From an uncultured Planctomycetia bacterium (lineage in GTDB: Bacteria > Omnitrophota > Gorgyraeia > Duberdicusellales > Duberdicusellaceae), in NCBI GenBank assembly GCA_964634935.1, contig CAZWJT010000008.1:26063-90062 (forward strand): 64,000 nt of DNA, written 5' to 3'. Shown here in pieces: positions 1 to 9,173 of the stretch. Position 1 is the stretch's first letter, and each line of letters starts with the position of its first letter. The notes beneath the pieces were generated by a model. The model was not told the origin of the DNA. It saw only the letters and a program-made list of their open reading frames with translations, and searched no databases. The position numbers and the translations under genes were made by a program.

Positions 1-1645
1 GGATAAAATCCTCTCTGAAATTCAGGATACATCCTGTGAGTGCTATCTGGGCTTCTTGCAGCGACGCGCAGGAAGAACGGGCAACATGTTTCCGTGTAGA
101 ATAAGCCTTGGCAATATAAATTCCGGAGTCAACGCTCCCTGCAAGACCAAAGAGGCTCTTGTTTTCCCGTAAACTCGTCGTATCAATCAACACAAAATCA
201 TACTCTTCCCGTGCTTCTTTCAGGAACTTTCCGACGTTCTCCGAGGATAAAGTTCCTTCGGGATGAAGCGTATGTTTCAGACCAGCGGGAATTACTGAAA
301 TCTTATAGGAAGAAACTGGGATGACGGCATCGCGCCAGTTCATGTTGCCTTTGGCAATTTCCACAACTCCCAAAGTATGCTGAAGATTTAAAACCCGATG
401 CATATCAGAAGAAGAAACATCGGCATCAATCACAAGAACTTTTCCTTCAGAAATAGACGCAAGTGCGCTCGCAATGCTTAGCGTAAGCGTTGTCTTCCCA
501 TCTTTAGAATCATCGCTTGCCAGAAGGAATGATTTAAGGTTCTTCTCGCGCCGCAGATGATACAACTGTGATGCTACGTCTTTGATTGCTCCGTTATACA
601 TCTCCATTTCTCGCTGTAATTGAAAAATCTCGATACTGTAGAGAGGAAACGACCGGGGAAGCGTCCGTAAACGCGGGATTGCCCCGAAGACCTTCAAGCC
701 AAGCACATCCTGGATATTCCGTGAAGTCTTGAGTGTCTGTTCGAGAATCTCACGCAAAAATATGTAGCCAATCCCGACAAAAAGACCAAGAACAGCGGCT
801 AACACAACCGTCAGCAATTTTTTAGGCGATACGGGGCGCACAGGAACAGCGGCACTCTGAACAATTTTAACATCGCCAGAAGTGACTTTCCCGGCAAGCT
901 CTTCAATAGAAAGCGGAACCTCGCTCTGAAGTTCCCCTTCTGCCTGGGCTATTTCTCTGGCAAGCTTCACCACCCGAGGATGGGAAGCACGAAACTCTTT
1001 TTTGAAATCCTCAAGCTGCAAACGCAAATCGTAAATAACATAAGCTTTGGCAACCGCGTTGGCTATCCGTGCCGACATCTTCGCGTCGTAATCCTTTACT
1101 TTGATGGTAATTAAGTCAGTCCGCTCTATCTGCTCTATCCGCACTATCTTCCCGGAGCTTAAACGGTATACTTCTTTTTCAAATTTTGTGGGTTTTACCA
1201 ACGCCTGTTTTTTCTTACCGGTGATCAGAGCAAGTAAAGACCCTTTGAGCTCCGTATAGAGATCTGATATTTTTTCTTTTATTTCATCAATGGCGACTTT
1301 AATACTGCCGCGGATACCTTCGGGTTTCGGCCGGTTATGTAAATCCAGATACTTCACCACATCGCCCATGATAGCTGTACTCTGAATGAGGGCTGCCTGG
1401 GTTGCGCCGTGCTCAACACCCTGGCGGAATGGGCTAAGTTTTTCTGAGGTAGGAGTCGGAGGATTACTTTCTTGCGCCGAAAGGAGTATCTTCGCGCTCG
1501 CCTCAAACTGAGGAAGCACCAGATAGCTGTACACTCCGCTTACAATTACCGCGATCAGCACTACAAGAAAAACAATCGCTTTATGCCGGAAGAATACCCG
1601 GGCATAATCACGGGTCGAAACGTCTTGAAACAATACATCTTCCAT
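1..1645 (-). CDS. Polysaccharide co-polymerase (PCP-2a, Wzc/GumC-like) with C-terminal BY-kinase-type P-loop ATPase domain; 3' end (C-terminus) lies beyond the window start
   Basis: Not in the ORF track because there is no stop inside the window. My translation of the minus strand from ATG at 1645 (GGAGGA 6 nt upstream) gives MEDVLFQDVSTRDYARVFFRHKAIVFLVVLIAVIVSGVYSYLVLPQFEAS... This reads as an N-terminal TM helix, a Wzz-like periplasmic region, a second TM, then Walker A DSKDGKTTLTLSIA, Walker A' VLVIDADV and Walker B-like FVLIDTTS. Confidence 0.8.
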   Translation of the reverse strand, partial: MEDVLFQDVSTRDYARVFFRHKAIVFLVVLIAVIVSGVYSYLVLPQFEASAKILLSAQESNPPTPTSEKLSPFRQGVEHGATQAALIQSTAIMGDVVKYLDLHNRPKPEGIRGSIKVAIDEIKEKISDLYTELKGSLLALITGKKKQALVKPTKFEKEVYRLSSGKIVRIEQIERTDLITIKVKDYDAKMSARIANAVAKAYVIYDLRLQLEDFKKEFRASHPRVVKLAREIAQAEGELQSEVPLSIEELAGKVTSGDVKIVQSAAVPVRPVSPKKLLTVVLAAVLGLFVGIGYIFLREILEQTLKTSRNIQDVLGLKVFGAIPRLRTLPRSFPLYSIEIFQLQREMEMYNGAIKDVASQLYHLRREKNLKSFLLASDDSKDGKTTLTLSIASALASISEGKVLVIDADVSSSDMHRVLNLQHTLGVVEIAKGNMNWRDAVIPVSSYKISVIPAGLKHTLHPEGTLSSENVGKFLKEAREEYDFVLIDTTSLRENKSLFGLAGSVDSGIYIAKAYSTRKHVARSSCASLQEAQIALTGCILNFREDFI

Positions 1646-1664
1646 AGGATCCTCCATCGTTAGT

Positions 1665-2264
1665 TTAAAATAAAGCCTCAGGAATCACGATCACATCGTC
1701 CGGGAGAATTTGCACGTCGTTCTTGGTATCGCCCACTTTAGCGATACGATCGACATTGACGCGGATAACCTTATCTTTTCCATCCACTTGCCGTAAAATT
1801 TTTACTTTATTCCTGGCGGCAAAGTCAGTGAATCCTCCGGCGATAACGACTGCCTTCAGCGTGGTTAACCCGTCCTGTATCGGATACACGCCGGGTATTT
1901 TTATTTCCCCGTAGATATAAAACTGTTTCGGTTTACTCTTTCGCAATTGAACGCTGACTACCGGATTCACAATGTATTTCTGATCATAGAGATCTTTTAT
2001 CTGCTGGGTTGCCTGATCTACGGTCATACCCTGAAGTTTCACCGGTCCAAGCAAAGGAAGAATCGCCGTTCCGTCGGCGATGACGGTTGCTGTCGCGGAA
2101 AGCTCGGGATGATCGGCAACAGAAACTTCCAGAAGATCGTCCGTAACAATCGTATAGCTTGCATCCTGGGGTGGAAGTTGCTGCTGCCCTTCTTCGGCGC
2201 AACAAACAACGCTAACTCCAAAATGAACCACAAAGAAACACACTGCAAAAAACTTCTGTCTCAT
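1665..2264 (-). CDS. Short OPX (Wza-like) polysaccharide export protein; PES plus SLBB domains, no C-terminal OM-spanning helix
   Basis: Signal peptide MRQKFFAVCFFVVHFGVSVVCCAEE. PES/SLBB-like core YTIVTDDLLEVSV...GTAILPLLGPVKLQGMTVDQATQQIKDLY...IPGVYPIQDGLTTLKAVVIAGGFTDFAARNKVKILR. ATG at 2264 has GGAGGTG 5 nt upstream; the track start at 2300 is TTG. Confidence 0.8.
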   Translation of the reverse strand: MRQKFFAVCFFVVHFGVSVVCCAEEGQQQLPPQDASYTIVTDDLLEVSVADHPELSATATVIADGTAILPLLGPVKLQGMTVDQATQQIKDLYDQKYIVNPVVSVQLRKSKPKQFYIYGEIKIPGVYPIQDGLTTLKAVVIAGGFTDFAARNKVKILRQVDGKDKVIRVNVDRIAKVGDTKNDVQILPDDVIVIPEALF

Positions 2265-2275
2265 ACACACCTCCG

Positions 2276-3376
2276 TTAAAATTGATACGCAAACGAACAA
2301 TATGCTATATTCTTTGTATATTCAACCGACAGGTTTGAATTCTTATTTTCCCGAATGTATCCAAACCGCAGGGTAAAGTCTTTATTGAGCAAACACTGGA
2401 TATTTGTATCATAACGATAGACCGCGTCCTGCTCAGAGGTCGCGTCGTAGTTTGCGTGAAGATAAGAAAATGAATGAACCCAGGTAAGACGCCGGCTAAG
2501 TTGCTGTGTCAGCGCTACGCTACCCTGGAAAATGTCGACTACCGAATTTGAATAATCGACAACCGTATCCTGTTTTCGCACCGTACTCGTAAGTGTTGTC
2601 TTTTTCAAGAGTTGGATGAGCGCCTCAAAAAAATAGAAAAATGAACCGCTTGTGTCTGAAGCGACATCTTCAACGCGCTGGTGGCCAATTTTTACCGTAG
2701 ATGAAAAACGATTGTTAAAAATCTTCGTGAGCCCAGCATCAAACAACAGAGATTTTGTCGTGTCACCGCTGTCGAAACGCCTCTTTTGCATAGTCGCGTC
2801 AAACAAGAAAGAAAGCGTCGAACTGATTTTTTCAACCAGCGCAAAAGTTGAAAGATCACCGGAACTATCGAGAACACCCGGCACATCATAAAACACGGTA
2901 TCATGCGTATGCCCTAAGCTCAGTGTCGTATGGGCTGTCGGCGTAAAAATAAGCGTTGGCTTTACAGAGTTTGTCCAATAACTATTCCGCCCTATGGCAC
3001 CGATCAGCGCGTTGGTATAATAAGAAACATCATCTTCTGTGTATGTATCAGTCAACTTCAGGGTAATCTTGGGCAAGAGTTTATACTCAAGATCAAAAAG
3101 CGCATTATAAGCGATGTTATCAAGCTCGCTATGACGCTGATAATACCGGAAACTCGGGTTACAATACAAAAGAAGTTTTGCCTTATCTCCGGTAAAACTA
3201 TATTGTGCATTCGGAACCAAAATATGCAAAATATCAGAACTCTCATCCCGACTGCTGTAAAAAATATTGTCATCGAAGCGGGTCTCTTCAGTAACGCTCA
3301 GGACAAAATGCTTTGACTTTGCCATGACCGGAGCAGCCAGAAAAATGCTTGCGATTATAAAAATGACTTTCTTCAT
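2276..3376 (-). CDS. Outer-membrane beta-barrel protein (putative partner of the short OPX)
   Basis: Signal peptide MKKVIFIIASIFLAAPVMA. Alternating-hydrophobic strand pattern throughout and a C-terminal aromatic (…FAYQF) typical of OMPs. Its stop is 12 nt upstream of the OPX start. Confidence 0.6.
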   Translation of the reverse strand: MKKVIFIIASIFLAAPVMAKSKHFVLSVTEETRFDDNIFYSSRDESSDILHILVPNAQYSFTGDKAKLLLYCNPSFRYYQRHSELDNIAYNALFDLEYKLLPKITLKLTDTYTEDDVSYYTNALIGAIGRNSYWTNSVKPTLIFTPTAHTTLSLGHTHDTVFYDVPGVLDSSGDLSTFALVEKISSTLSFLFDATMQKRRFDSGDTTKSLLFDAGLTKIFNNRFSSTVKIGHQRVEDVASDTSGSFFYFFEALIQLLKKTTLTSTVRKQDTVVDYSNSVVDIFQGSVALTQQLSRRLTWVHSFSYLHANYDATSEQDAVYRYDTNIQCLLNKDFTLRFGYIRENKNSNLSVEYTKNIAYCSFAYQF

Positions 3377-3445
3377 CGAACAATCCTAACACAATAATGC
3401 TTCATAGAATCACTGCTCTGCCGCTCCTATGCGTTGAATGGATTT

Positions 3446-4429
3446 TTATTTTGAAGAAGGCTTGGTAAACCATGCAAGGTCAGAGTCAACCATCATTGCT
3501 ACCAAAGCCTCAAAGGTAACTTCCGGACTCCAGCCGAACGCGCGACGTGCTTTCTCGTAATTACCCTGCAGGGTATGCACTTCTGCCGGACGGTAAAATT
3601 TCTCATCAACCACAACATGGTCTTTCCAATTAAGCCCGACATGCGCAAACGCAAGCTCTACAAACTCACGGACCGAATACATCTTCCCTGTAGCAACCAC
3701 ATAATCATCAGGTTTTTCTTGCTGGAGCATAAGCCACATGGCTTTCACGTAATCTCCGGCAAAACCCCAGTCGCGTTTGGCATCCAAGTTACCTAAAGAC
3801 AATTTTTCCATCAGTCCAAGCTTAATCTTCGCCACAGCGCTTGAAATTTTCCGAGTCACAAATTCAAACCCGCGCCGGGGAGATTCATGATTAAATAAAA
3901 TCCCACTACAGGCAAACAATCCGTAGGCTTCCCGGTAGTTCCGGGTAAGATCAAACCCGGCTACCTTGGAAATACCGTAGGGCGAGCGCGGATGGAACCG
4001 GGTGTTTTCATTCTGAGGACTTTCTGTCACAAGACCAAACATCTCACTGGAACCCGCAAAGTAAAATCTGCAGCTTGGAGCCTTCTCTAAAACAGCTGAA
4101 AGCACGTAGTGTGTCCCGTTGATATTCGTGGTAATCGTGGAAAATGAATCTTCGAAAGAATAACTTACGAAACTCTGGGCGCCTAAGTGATAACATTCGT
4201 CAGGCTTTACTTTTTCGACAACATTAAAAATGCTCGGATAGTTTTCAAGAGACGCGGGGTGAAGATGAATGTCGTCCTGGATATGCCGTATCCTCCACAA
4301 CCGGTGGTCTGGATCTTCAAGTGCTACCCGGCGCACAATCCCATGAACCTCATACCCCTTGGATAAAAGAAGCTCCGCGAGATATGAGCCGTCTTGTCCG
4401 GTGATGCCGGTGATCAAGGCTTTTTTCAT
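3446..4429 (-). CDS. gmd: GDP-mannose 4,6-dehydratase
   Basis: MKKALITGITGQDGSYLAELLLSKGYEVHGIVRR... The SDR Rossmann motif and the conserved Gmd core are present throughout the 327 aa. Confidence 0.93.
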   Translation of the reverse strand: MKKALITGITGQDGSYLAELLLSKGYEVHGIVRRVALEDPDHRLWRIRHIQDDIHLHPASLENYPSIFNVVEKVKPDECYHLGAQSFVSYSFEDSFSTITTNINGTHYVLSAVLEKAPSCRFYFAGSSEMFGLVTESPQNENTRFHPRSPYGISKVAGFDLTRNYREAYGLFACSGILFNHESPRRGFEFVTRKISSAVAKIKLGLMEKLSLGNLDAKRDWGFAGDYVKAMWLMLQQEKPDDYVVATGKMYSVREFVELAFAHVGLNWKDHVVVDEKFYRPAEVHTLQGNYEKARRAFGWSPEVTFEALVAMMVDSDLAWFTKPSSK

Positions 4430-4488
4430 CGTTCTATCCTGCCTTCCTTTTCTTTGCTATAAGGCCTTAAGAAATATTCTGGTAAAAT

Positions 4489-5349
4489 TTATTTTACAAG
4501 CCGACGGAGATAATCGCGGTTCTCATCATCAAGCTCTTCGGACAATTTAAGAAGCTGGGTGTGGTTAATAAAACCCATGCGGTAAGCAACCTCTTCAAGA
4601 CAGCCAATCTTTAACCCCTGGCGTTCCTCAATGGTCTTGATAAAACCGGAAGCTTCGATCATCGACTGATAGGTTCCCGTATCAAGCCAGGCGAATCCAC
4701 GGTCTAAAAGAACGACTTTGAGTTTTCCGGCTTGCAAGTAGGTGTTGATAACATCAGTAATTTCAAGCTCACCCCGGGCTGAAGGGGTTAAATGTTTCGC
4801 TATTTCAACGACCTGATTGTCAAAAAAGTAAAGCCCGGTTACCGCCCAGTTGGATTTGGGTTTTTTTGGCTTTTCTTCGATTGAGAGCGCGCGCTGTTCT
4901 TCATCCAATTCAACAACTCCATAGCGCTCAGGATCACGTACGTAGTAGCCGAAGATTGTTGCTCCCTCATCAATGCCTTTGGCTGCGCGCAGATGATCCT
5001 GCAAGCCGTGGCCATAAAAAACGTTGTCTCCAAAGATAAGGCTGACATTCTTTGGTCCGATAAAATCCTCACCGATTAAGAAAGCGTCAGCAATCCCACG
5101 AGGCTCTTTCTGTACGGCGTATTCAATGCTGATTCCTAAATGCTTGCCGTCTCCAAGCAAACGCCTGAATTGCTCGACTCCGTGAGGGCTGGCAATAAGA
5201 AGAATTTCACGAATTCCAGCAAGCATTAATGTCGAAAGCGGATAGTAAATCATCGGCTTATCGTAAATGGGAAGAAGCGGTTTGCTTACTACCCGCGTTG
5301 CCGGATAAAGTCTTTTGCCTTTTCCCGCAGCTAAAATAATTCCGCGCAT
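4489..5349 (-). CDS. rfbA: Glucose-1-phosphate thymidylyltransferase
   Basis: [52 protein letters not shown]... is a canonical RmlA N-terminus, and the length of 286 aa fits. Confidence 0.93.
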   Translation of the reverse strand: MRGIILAAGKGKRLYPATRVVSKPLLPIYDKPMIYYPLSTLMLAGIREILLIASPHGVEQFRRLLGDGKHLGISIEYAVQKEPRGIADAFLIGEDFIGPKNVSLIFGDNVFYGHGLQDHLRAAKGIDEGATIFGYYVRDPERYGVVELDEEQRALSIEEKPKKPKSNWAVTGLYFFDNQVVEIAKHLTPSARGELEITDVINTYLQAGKLKVVLLDRGFAWLDTGTYQSMIEASGFIKTIEERQGLKIGCLEEVAYRMGFINHTQLLKLSEELDDENRDYLRRLVK

Positions 5350-5355
5350 GGAACT

Positions 5356-6897
5356 TTACACTCGCTTATAAATCCCGCTTGGAATCGGGAATGTCCGATT
5401 ATTTAAAACTACCCCTAAGATATTCGTCTGTTTTTTCTCAAGCGGAAGAAGCGCGGACTTTAACACCTGACGCCGCACCTTACCCTCGGTAACAACCACA
5501 ACTACCCCGTCGGTATGCGAAGCAAGGGCAACTGTGTCCTTGAATGGAGTAAGCGCAAGGCTGTCGATAAGCACGATTTCAAAACGCTCTTTTGCCAAGC
5601 GCAATACTTCCTGCATCGCGTGAGAGTCCAGAAGGGTCAACGGGTTCAGTTGTGTTTTCTGTCCCGGGAGAACCGCAAGATTCGGGTTTATTTCTTTTAA
5701 GGCTTTATCGAAGCTCATCTTTCCCTCGAGCACATCGACCAGCCCTTTTACTTCTGAAAAATAAAAAAGCTTGTGGATGGTCGGCTCGCGAAGATTCGTG
5801 TCGATGATCAGCGTTTTATGTCCGGCGGTCTTAGAAAAATAGTTGGCCAGGTTCACGATGGTGTTGCTTACCCCTTCCCCAATCACTGCTGAAGAAAAAA
5901 GAATTGTCTTCATTTTCCGATCCTTGGCCAAAAGATAAATCTGGTCTGCCACATCATGGTAGGAAATAAGCAGGGCGTTTTTGGGAATAAAGCCGAGGTA
6001 AGGAAATCCGAGCACCCGTTCAACTTCTTCCGGAGACTTAAACGTTTGGTCTAAATATTCAAACGCAAACGCGAGCATAATGCTTAAAAAAATGCTCATA
6101 AAAAATGCCAGAACCAGGGTAAGTCCGCGGGGAATTCCCGAAGGACGAAGTGGCAATGTCGCCTGCTCAAGAATTTTAACGCTGGCCGGGCCGATTGCCT
6201 CAACATCCGGAAGAGGCTGCCCGTCAAGATTCTTAATCATTTTATCAATATTGTCTTTGAGCTGTATCGCGGTTGGATGCTTGTCTCCATATTTTAATTG
6301 AGTTTCAGCAAGTTGTTGTTCAAGGTCAAAAATAACATAGGAACGGCTGATGACGTTCGCCAGGATTGCGGCACCTATGGGGCTATAGTCCGAAACGCTG
6401 ATAGTAAAAAGGTTTGTGTCGCGCACCGGCTCAACCTTTATCCGCTCTTTCAAACTTTCAACGGTAATCCGGAAAAGATAGGTTTTTCTCTGGTCTTCAC
6501 TCAGCTTTGCAAATTGCCGCTCCATCATCTTTTTGGATAGCGAAATAAAAGGTTTTTTAAGCCGTGAAGCAAAATTTTTCTCATAATCCAAGGGCAGATT
6601 AAATAACCCAGTTGCTTTTACCGCGCGCTCAATAACCGGACGGGAAGTAACGATTTCACTCTGAGTCAGCGCGACCTCTAAGTTTCTGGCACCGATAATT
6701 TCCCGGTAGTAGGGAGATTCAACCTGCTTCTCAGCCGAAATGAGCATTTTAACCGCAGCGGAATAAACCGGGGTCTTGAATTTAAGCCCGACAAATACGG
6801 TAATCATCACGGTAAGAAAAGCTGTGATAATCACCGCCTTCTGCCGGAAAAGGACTTTCAAATAATCGCGAAGGGTTAATTGAGTATACGCTTCCAT
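5356..6897 (-). CDS. Polysaccharide co-polymerase (PCP-2a-like) with degenerate, probably inactive, BY-kinase domain
   Basis: TM helix (AVIITAFLTVMITVFVGL), Wzz-like region, a second TM (LTLVLAFFMSIFLSIMLAFAF), then a P-loop NTPase fold whose Walker A reads SSAVIGEGVSNT (Lys replaced by Val) and which has no C-terminal Tyr cluster. ATG at 6897 is preceded by AAAGGAG; the track start at 6912 is an upstream in-frame ATG. Confidence 0.8.
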   Translation of the reverse strand: MEAYTQLTLRDYLKVLFRQKAVIITAFLTVMITVFVGLKFKTPVYSAAVKMLISAEKQVESPYYREIIGARNLEVALTQSEIVTSRPVIERAVKATGLFNLPLDYEKNFASRLKKPFISLSKKMMERQFAKLSEDQRKTYLFRITVESLKERIKVEPVRDTNLFTISVSDYSPIGAAILANVISRSYVIFDLEQQLAETQLKYGDKHPTAIQLKDNIDKMIKNLDGQPLPDVEAIGPASVKILEQATLPLRPSGIPRGLTLVLAFFMSIFLSIMLAFAFEYLDQTFKSPEEVERVLGFPYLGFIPKNALLISYHDVADQIYLLAKDRKMKTILFSSAVIGEGVSNTIVNLANYFSKTAGHKTLIIDTNLREPTIHKLFYFSEVKGLVDVLEGKMSFDKALKEINPNLAVLPGQKTQLNPLTLLDSHAMQEVLRLAKERFEIVLIDSLALTPFKDTVALASHTDGVVVVVTEGKVRRQVLKSALLPLEKKQTNILGVVLNNRTFPIPSGIYKRV

Positions 6898-6946
6898 AAA
6901 AACTCCTTTCATTGATTACGCATAACTATGCGGTTTTCTCTTCTCA

Positions 6947-7690
6947 TTAAAACATCCCCTCTGACACAACAACGATATCACCGGACTTCAGGGGAATATC
7001 CGCTTTCGCGTCTCCGTTCATCACCGCGCTGACATTCACCTTCAAAGTTTCATATCCTGATTCCTGCTCTTTCGCCCGGAGCACTTTCACCCGGCTGGAA
7101 GATCCATACTTGGTAAAACCGCCGGCCATGGAAATCGCTTTCAGCACTGTCGTGTTTTCATCTAAAAGGTATGTTCCCGGTTTCATGATTTCACCGTAGA
7201 CAAAAAACTTCTTGCTTCTGTTTTCCCGAAGCGCTACCGCGACAACCGGATACTTCATATAACCATCAGCGAGCTTTTCCTGGACAAGCTCCTGTACTTC
7301 AAGAAGCGTAAGCCCTTTCACTTGAAGATTGCCTACATAGGGAAAATTTATACTGCCATCCGGAGCAACCGTCACGGTATTGGCTAATTTTTCCGGCTGA
7401 AGAATACTAATATCCAACACATCGTCAATCCCAACTTTATAGCCGTTGTTCTGTTCAGAAATCTCTTCCTCTATTTTTTTTGCTGGTTTTTGAGCCTCTG
7501 CGGCAGCGGCTGGTTCTACCTCCGGGCTTAAACCAACCTCTGGCAACGCCGGAGTTTCCGGCTGAGCCTCAGAAAGTATTCCCTCATTCTGCTCCTGTTC
7601 AGCCTGCGTATCATTGAACGACTGAGCAAGCGCATTATGCGCGCCGCACACAAACAACGCCCCCGCCAAGATCATACACAATAGTTTCAT
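6947..7690 (-). CDS. Short OPX (Wza-like) polysaccharide export protein with Pro/Ala/Glu-rich linker
   Basis: Signal peptide MKLLCMILAGALFVCGAHNALA, then a low-complexity linker (PALPEVGLSPEVEPAAAAEAQKPAKK), then PES/SLBB: YKVGIDDVLDISILQPEKLANTVTVAPDGSINFPYVGNLQVKGLTLLEVQELVQEKL...GTYLLDENTTVLKAISMAGGFTKYGSSSRVKVLR. Confidence 0.8.
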   Translation of the reverse strand: MKLLCMILAGALFVCGAHNALAQSFNDTQAEQEQNEGILSEAQPETPALPEVGLSPEVEPAAAAEAQKPAKKIEEEISEQNNGYKVGIDDVLDISILQPEKLANTVTVAPDGSINFPYVGNLQVKGLTLLEVQELVQEKLADGYMKYPVVAVALRENRSKKFFVYGEIMKPGTYLLDENTTVLKAISMAGGFTKYGSSSRVKVLRAKEQESGYETLKVNVSAVMNGDAKADIPLKSGDIVVVSEGMF

Positions 7691-7741
7691 AGATTCCTCC
7701 GTTTTTTGCCTATCAGGTTTTAAAAAAACCATAACCATATA

Positions 7742-9148
7742 TTATTTTGCCCCTATCCCAAAAAGCACGACAGGGATAGTTTTGATAAGAATTTTTGTAT
7801 CAAGCCACAGCGACCAGTTATCTATGTATTCAAGGTCGAGCTTCATCCACTCATTAAAATCAATAATCTTACTCCGACCGCTCACCTGCCAAATACAGGT
7901 AATCCCCGGACGCATACTCAGACGCCTCCTCTGCCATGGCTCATACTTTGCCACTTCACTGGGGATTGGCGGACGAGGTCCAACCAAACTCATATCGCCT
8001 ACCAAAACATTCCAAAGCTGGGGAAGCTCATCGATACTGAATTTGCGCAGGAATTTTCCTATCGGGGTAAGCCGCGGGTCATTCTCCATCTTAAAAACAG
8101 GACCCTGCATCTCATTATGGACAAGCAAATCTTTCAATTTTTGTTCAGCGTCTTTAACCATGGTCCGGAATTTATAGAGCAAAAATTTTCTCCCGTTTAA
8201 GGTCGAACGCTCCTGACAGAAGAATATCGGACCAGAAGACGTAAGCTTAATAAGAATCGCGACCACGATAAACAGCGGCGTAAGCAGGATGAGCGCGCAG
8301 CACGAAGCACAAAAATCAAATATGCGCTTGCCCAGAAGATGCCACAACTTATCCGGTGTCGTTTCAAAAGTAAGTAAGGGAAACCCATGGAGATCGGATT
8401 GCTTGGCGCGGGAGAATTTAAGTTCAAAGTAATCAACCGCGACATGAATCCGCAATCCCTGGCTTTCGCAAAAATGAAGCGCCTCTTCAATTTTCCCCAG
8501 CCAATCCCGGGGAACAATAAAAACGATTTCATCGATGACATTGTTCTGGATAATATCCGGAATATCTTTGAGCGCTCCGATAATTTTCTGTTGTAATACT
8601 TCCTGGCCATGACGGGAAGAATCTTCGTCAATAACCCCAAAAATCTTTAAACCCCACTCGGTGTGTTCATTCACAAGCTCGATAAAATGCTGGGCGCGCT
8701 TGCCGGAGCCTACGATGAGAATGTTGCGAAAATTCATGCCGCGCTTGCGGATTGCCCGGAAGAAAATAACTAAAACGAACCGTTCAAAAATCGTAAGAAT
8801 TTCTGCGACGAGAAATGTGGCAGCAAGCACTGAGCGGTCAACGTGGATAAAAACTACGACATAAGCAAAACTGCTGACAATAATAAAAGCGAAAAGCCCG
8901 GTCTTTAAAATAGTAAAAATAATTTCTGAGGTCGGCTTGGTCCGGAATGAAGTATAGAGGCCGAATCGATAGAGAAAAATAGTCCAGGTCAGGATGATGA
9001 CCGGAAGAATAAAAAAGTAGTTCTCCAGGGGAAAACCATCTTTTGTCGTGTCGCGGAATAAGTAGGCGAGAAAAAATGAACCGCCCACAAGCAGAATATC
9101 GGCGAAAATCATCAGCTTCTTAAAAACGTTTATCTTTTCTTTCAGCAT
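7742..9148 (-). CDS. Polyprenyl-phosphate sugar phosphotransferase (WbaP/EpsL-like priming glycosyltransferase)
   Basis: N-terminal multi-TM region. C-terminal Bac_transf-type domain: IFDFCASCCALILLTPLFIVVAILIKLTSSGPIFFCQERSTLNGRKFLLYKFRTM...DELPQLWNVLVGDMSLVGPRP. Confidence 0.9.
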   Translation of the reverse strand: MLKEKINVFKKLMIFADILLVGGSFFLAYLFRDTTKDGFPLENYFFILPVIILTWTIFLYRFGLYTSFRTKPTSEIIFTILKTGLFAFIIVSSFAYVVVFIHVDRSVLAATFLVAEILTIFERFVLVIFFRAIRKRGMNFRNILIVGSGKRAQHFIELVNEHTEWGLKIFGVIDEDSSRHGQEVLQQKIIGALKDIPDIIQNNVIDEIVFIVPRDWLGKIEEALHFCESQGLRIHVAVDYFELKFSRAKQSDLHGFPLLTFETTPDKLWHLLGKRIFDFCASCCALILLTPLFIVVAILIKLTSSGPIFFCQERSTLNGRKFLLYKFRTMVKDAEQKLKDLLVHNEMQGPVFKMENDPRLTPIGKFLRKFSIDELPQLWNVLVGDMSLVGPRPPIPSEVAKYEPWQRRRLSMRPGITCIWQVSGRSKIIDFNEWMKLDLEYIDNWSLWLDTKILIKTIPVVLFGIGAK

Positions 9149-9173
9149 CGCTTGTTACTTTCCTAAAAAGGTT

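Noticed and set aside
7440-7620. GC-rich low-complexity stretch, a possible repeat or CRISPR-like element
   Set aside because: It encodes the Pro/Ala/Glu-rich linker of the second OPX protein. There are no direct repeats with spacers. No CRISPR array anywhere in the window.
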